Shown here: in pieces, positions 62,209 to 64,000 of the stretch
Layout: every line of letters begins with the position of its first letter
How positions within the stretch are numbered: the stretch's first letter is position 1
Source: Octopus bimaculoides
Lineage: Eukaryota
DNA length: 64,000 bases
NCBI RefSeq assembly: GCF_001194135.2
Contig: NC_068983.1
Span: 152,339,496 to 152,403,495 of the forward strand
Reading direction: 5' to 3'
The notes under the pieces: generated by a model
The model's database searches: none
What the model saw: only the letters and a program-made list of their open reading frames with translations
What the model was told of the DNA's origin: nothing
Made by a program: the position numbers and the translations under genes

Positions 62209-63659
62209 GAGTGAAAGAGCAGTGCATGCCATTGAAGTGACACTGGGGTAAAATATATGAAGCCCGGTATACCTATCATGACTACCCGTCTGATAAGGGT
62301 ACATCAGGCACATGCACCACAACCATATGTGTACTACATGGTGATCTCATATCAAGATTAACAGTGAATGACCTTACAGGCGGGACCTAGTTAGAATTTT
62401 CTTCAGGTCTAGTATCCCATCCCGCTCAAAGGGTCCCTGAATAAGAGTTGTTTAAGGATGTTGAATGAAACACCCATGTTTCCAAAAGTGAATTATTTAA
62501 ACCCCAAATAGTCCCTCTCAGCACGTGGCTATGATGCTCCCCTCCCCACTACTTCTGCTCGTGATCAGAGATGCACATATCGTCAGCCACTAAGTGACAT
62601 GCTTAACTGGTTAAGGTCTAACAACTGACGAGCAAATCTGTGGTATTGAGTAGAATATTTGCTGTAGCCCATCTTTTACACCAAGACCAAACAACGTACA
62701 TAACACTTTCAATCAGTTAAAATCAGAAGCCATGGCAGCCACTGCTTGGTACTGCGTCATGGCATTTATAATTATAATTATAATTATAATTATAATAATA
62801 ATAATTATTATTATTATTATTGCTACAATAATCTATCTATCTATCTATCTATCTATCTGTGAGTCAGTCAGTCAATTATCAGTCTGTCTGTATATATGTC
62901 TACCTATTTATCCACGTGTATGTGCGTGCATGCTTGTGTGTATTGCGTGTGTGTGTGTGTGCGTGTGTCCAGAAAAATGCCTTTGTAGATGTTATGGTAA
63001 AATAAAAAAATAAAAAAAATAACAATATACTTTAGTGCAAGGCGAAACGAATTTGGCTTGGAAGCCAAAACGTTAGATACATATTTCGCTGTGGATGCTG
63101 CTGGCCGATGGCACTTACTAGTTTCCCTTCCGAAAGAGGTTCAAATCACCCGGCCTGAAGTATATAGAGATAGTATATAAAGTATACATAAGTTTGAAAA
63201 AAATTCAAATAACGCAACAAAAAGCAGCTCTATAGAAAAAGAACTTTATCAATACTTGACGTATGTGTGTCATTCAAAAGCCAGGCGCGGCAACTTTTCC
63301 TCCGAGAAAAAAAAAAACCCCTTTATAGACGTATTGTGTTAAAAAAAACAAGATATACTTCAGGTTATAAACGAAACGAAACCACTCCAGAAGCGATTGT
63401 GAGAATAACACGTACATACATACATATATAATACTTGCATGATTGTCCCGTGCCCCAATGATATGTTAATTCGAATAAAAGAGCTTCGTTTTTGAGATAG
63501 CAACCGGCCTTTTCTGTATTATCGAGAAATTCTTAGAAACATGAAAATAAACTACATAACTCATGTCTCAGAGAGTAGTACAAATAGAAGCAATTTTTAC
63601 GAAATTATGTATTAGCAATCGAAATATTAAGGCTGCAAGTATTATTAATCGAAAAACTA

Positions 63660-63870
63660 AGGCTGTCAGCTGCCAGAATCGATAATACACCGGACAAAAT
63701 GCTCAGCAGCATTTCGTCAGTCCTTACATTCTGAGTTCAAATTCCACGGAGGTCGACTTTGCATTTCATTTTTTCGGAATCTATAAATTAAAGATCAGTG
63801 GAGTAATGGGGTCCATGTAATCAACTATTCCCCCTAAATTTCAGGCCTTGTGCCTTTAGTAGAAAGGATT
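63660..63870 (+). mobile_element. Family A SINE
   Basis: gctgccagaatcg..ttctgagttcaaattccacggaggtcgactttgc..caggccttgtgcctttagtagaaaggatt. Confidence 0.85.
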
Positions 63871-64000
63871 TTAATCGAAATATTTCTATGCGGGAGATCC
63901 ATGGTTGGGCGGGCAGTACTATATCTATGTACTTATATATATATATATATATATATAAACTTAGATAAACTTAGATATGTTTCGACCAAAGATTGGTCCA

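Noticed and set aside
62624-62670. CTGACGA followed by a GCAAAT/ATTTGC hairpin
   Set aside because: Followed by TGTAG rather than GAAA, and no helix I; not a hammerhead.
8585-63870. Regularly recurring ~30-40-bp motifs that might suggest a CRISPR array; tRNA-like heads that might be tRNA genes
   Set aside because: They are parts of dispersed SINEs with homologous intervening sequence, no cas genes and a eukaryotic context; the heads lack a full cloverleaf or terminator.

Overview
AT-rich, repeat-dominated animal genomic scaffold with many N gaps, mostly flanked by microsatellites as in a short-read assembly. The SINE and MITE families resemble those I recall from Octopus; the taxon is an inference. 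Only one protein-coding gene is solidly recognisable: GPN-loop GTPase 2 (GPN2, minus strand). It has one 609-nt coding exon at 24714-25322 and a probable non-coding first exon/promoter near 27300. I could not find its 3' coding exons. The rest is tRNA-headed SINEs, LINE remnants (RTE, CR1, R4/Dong, HERO-like, L1/Tx1-like), Penelope-like (PLE) fragments, and DNA-transposon derivatives (two Merlin-type MITEs with exact 8-bp TSDs, Tc1/mariner, hAT, piggyBac). The most interesting signal is a set of minimal type I hammerhead-ribozyme folds with one shared architecture in several unrelated small repeats: helix I, 7-nt core, extra A, helix II, GAA, 4-nt palindrome, H17, helix I'. One sits in a tRNA-headed SINE-like element (canonical core, 30891-30936). 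Another occurs in every unit of a 152-bp tandem repeat arranged as a head-to-head inverted array (non-canonical core CAGUUGA, 59561-60086). Both families show 5'-to-5' inverted insertions, suggesting a PLE-mobilised retrozyme / ribozyme-SINE system. All alignments, folds and identities were done by eye with no database search. Boundaries of degraded repeats are approximate, and most ORFs in the supplied track are artefacts of simple repeats or N runs.
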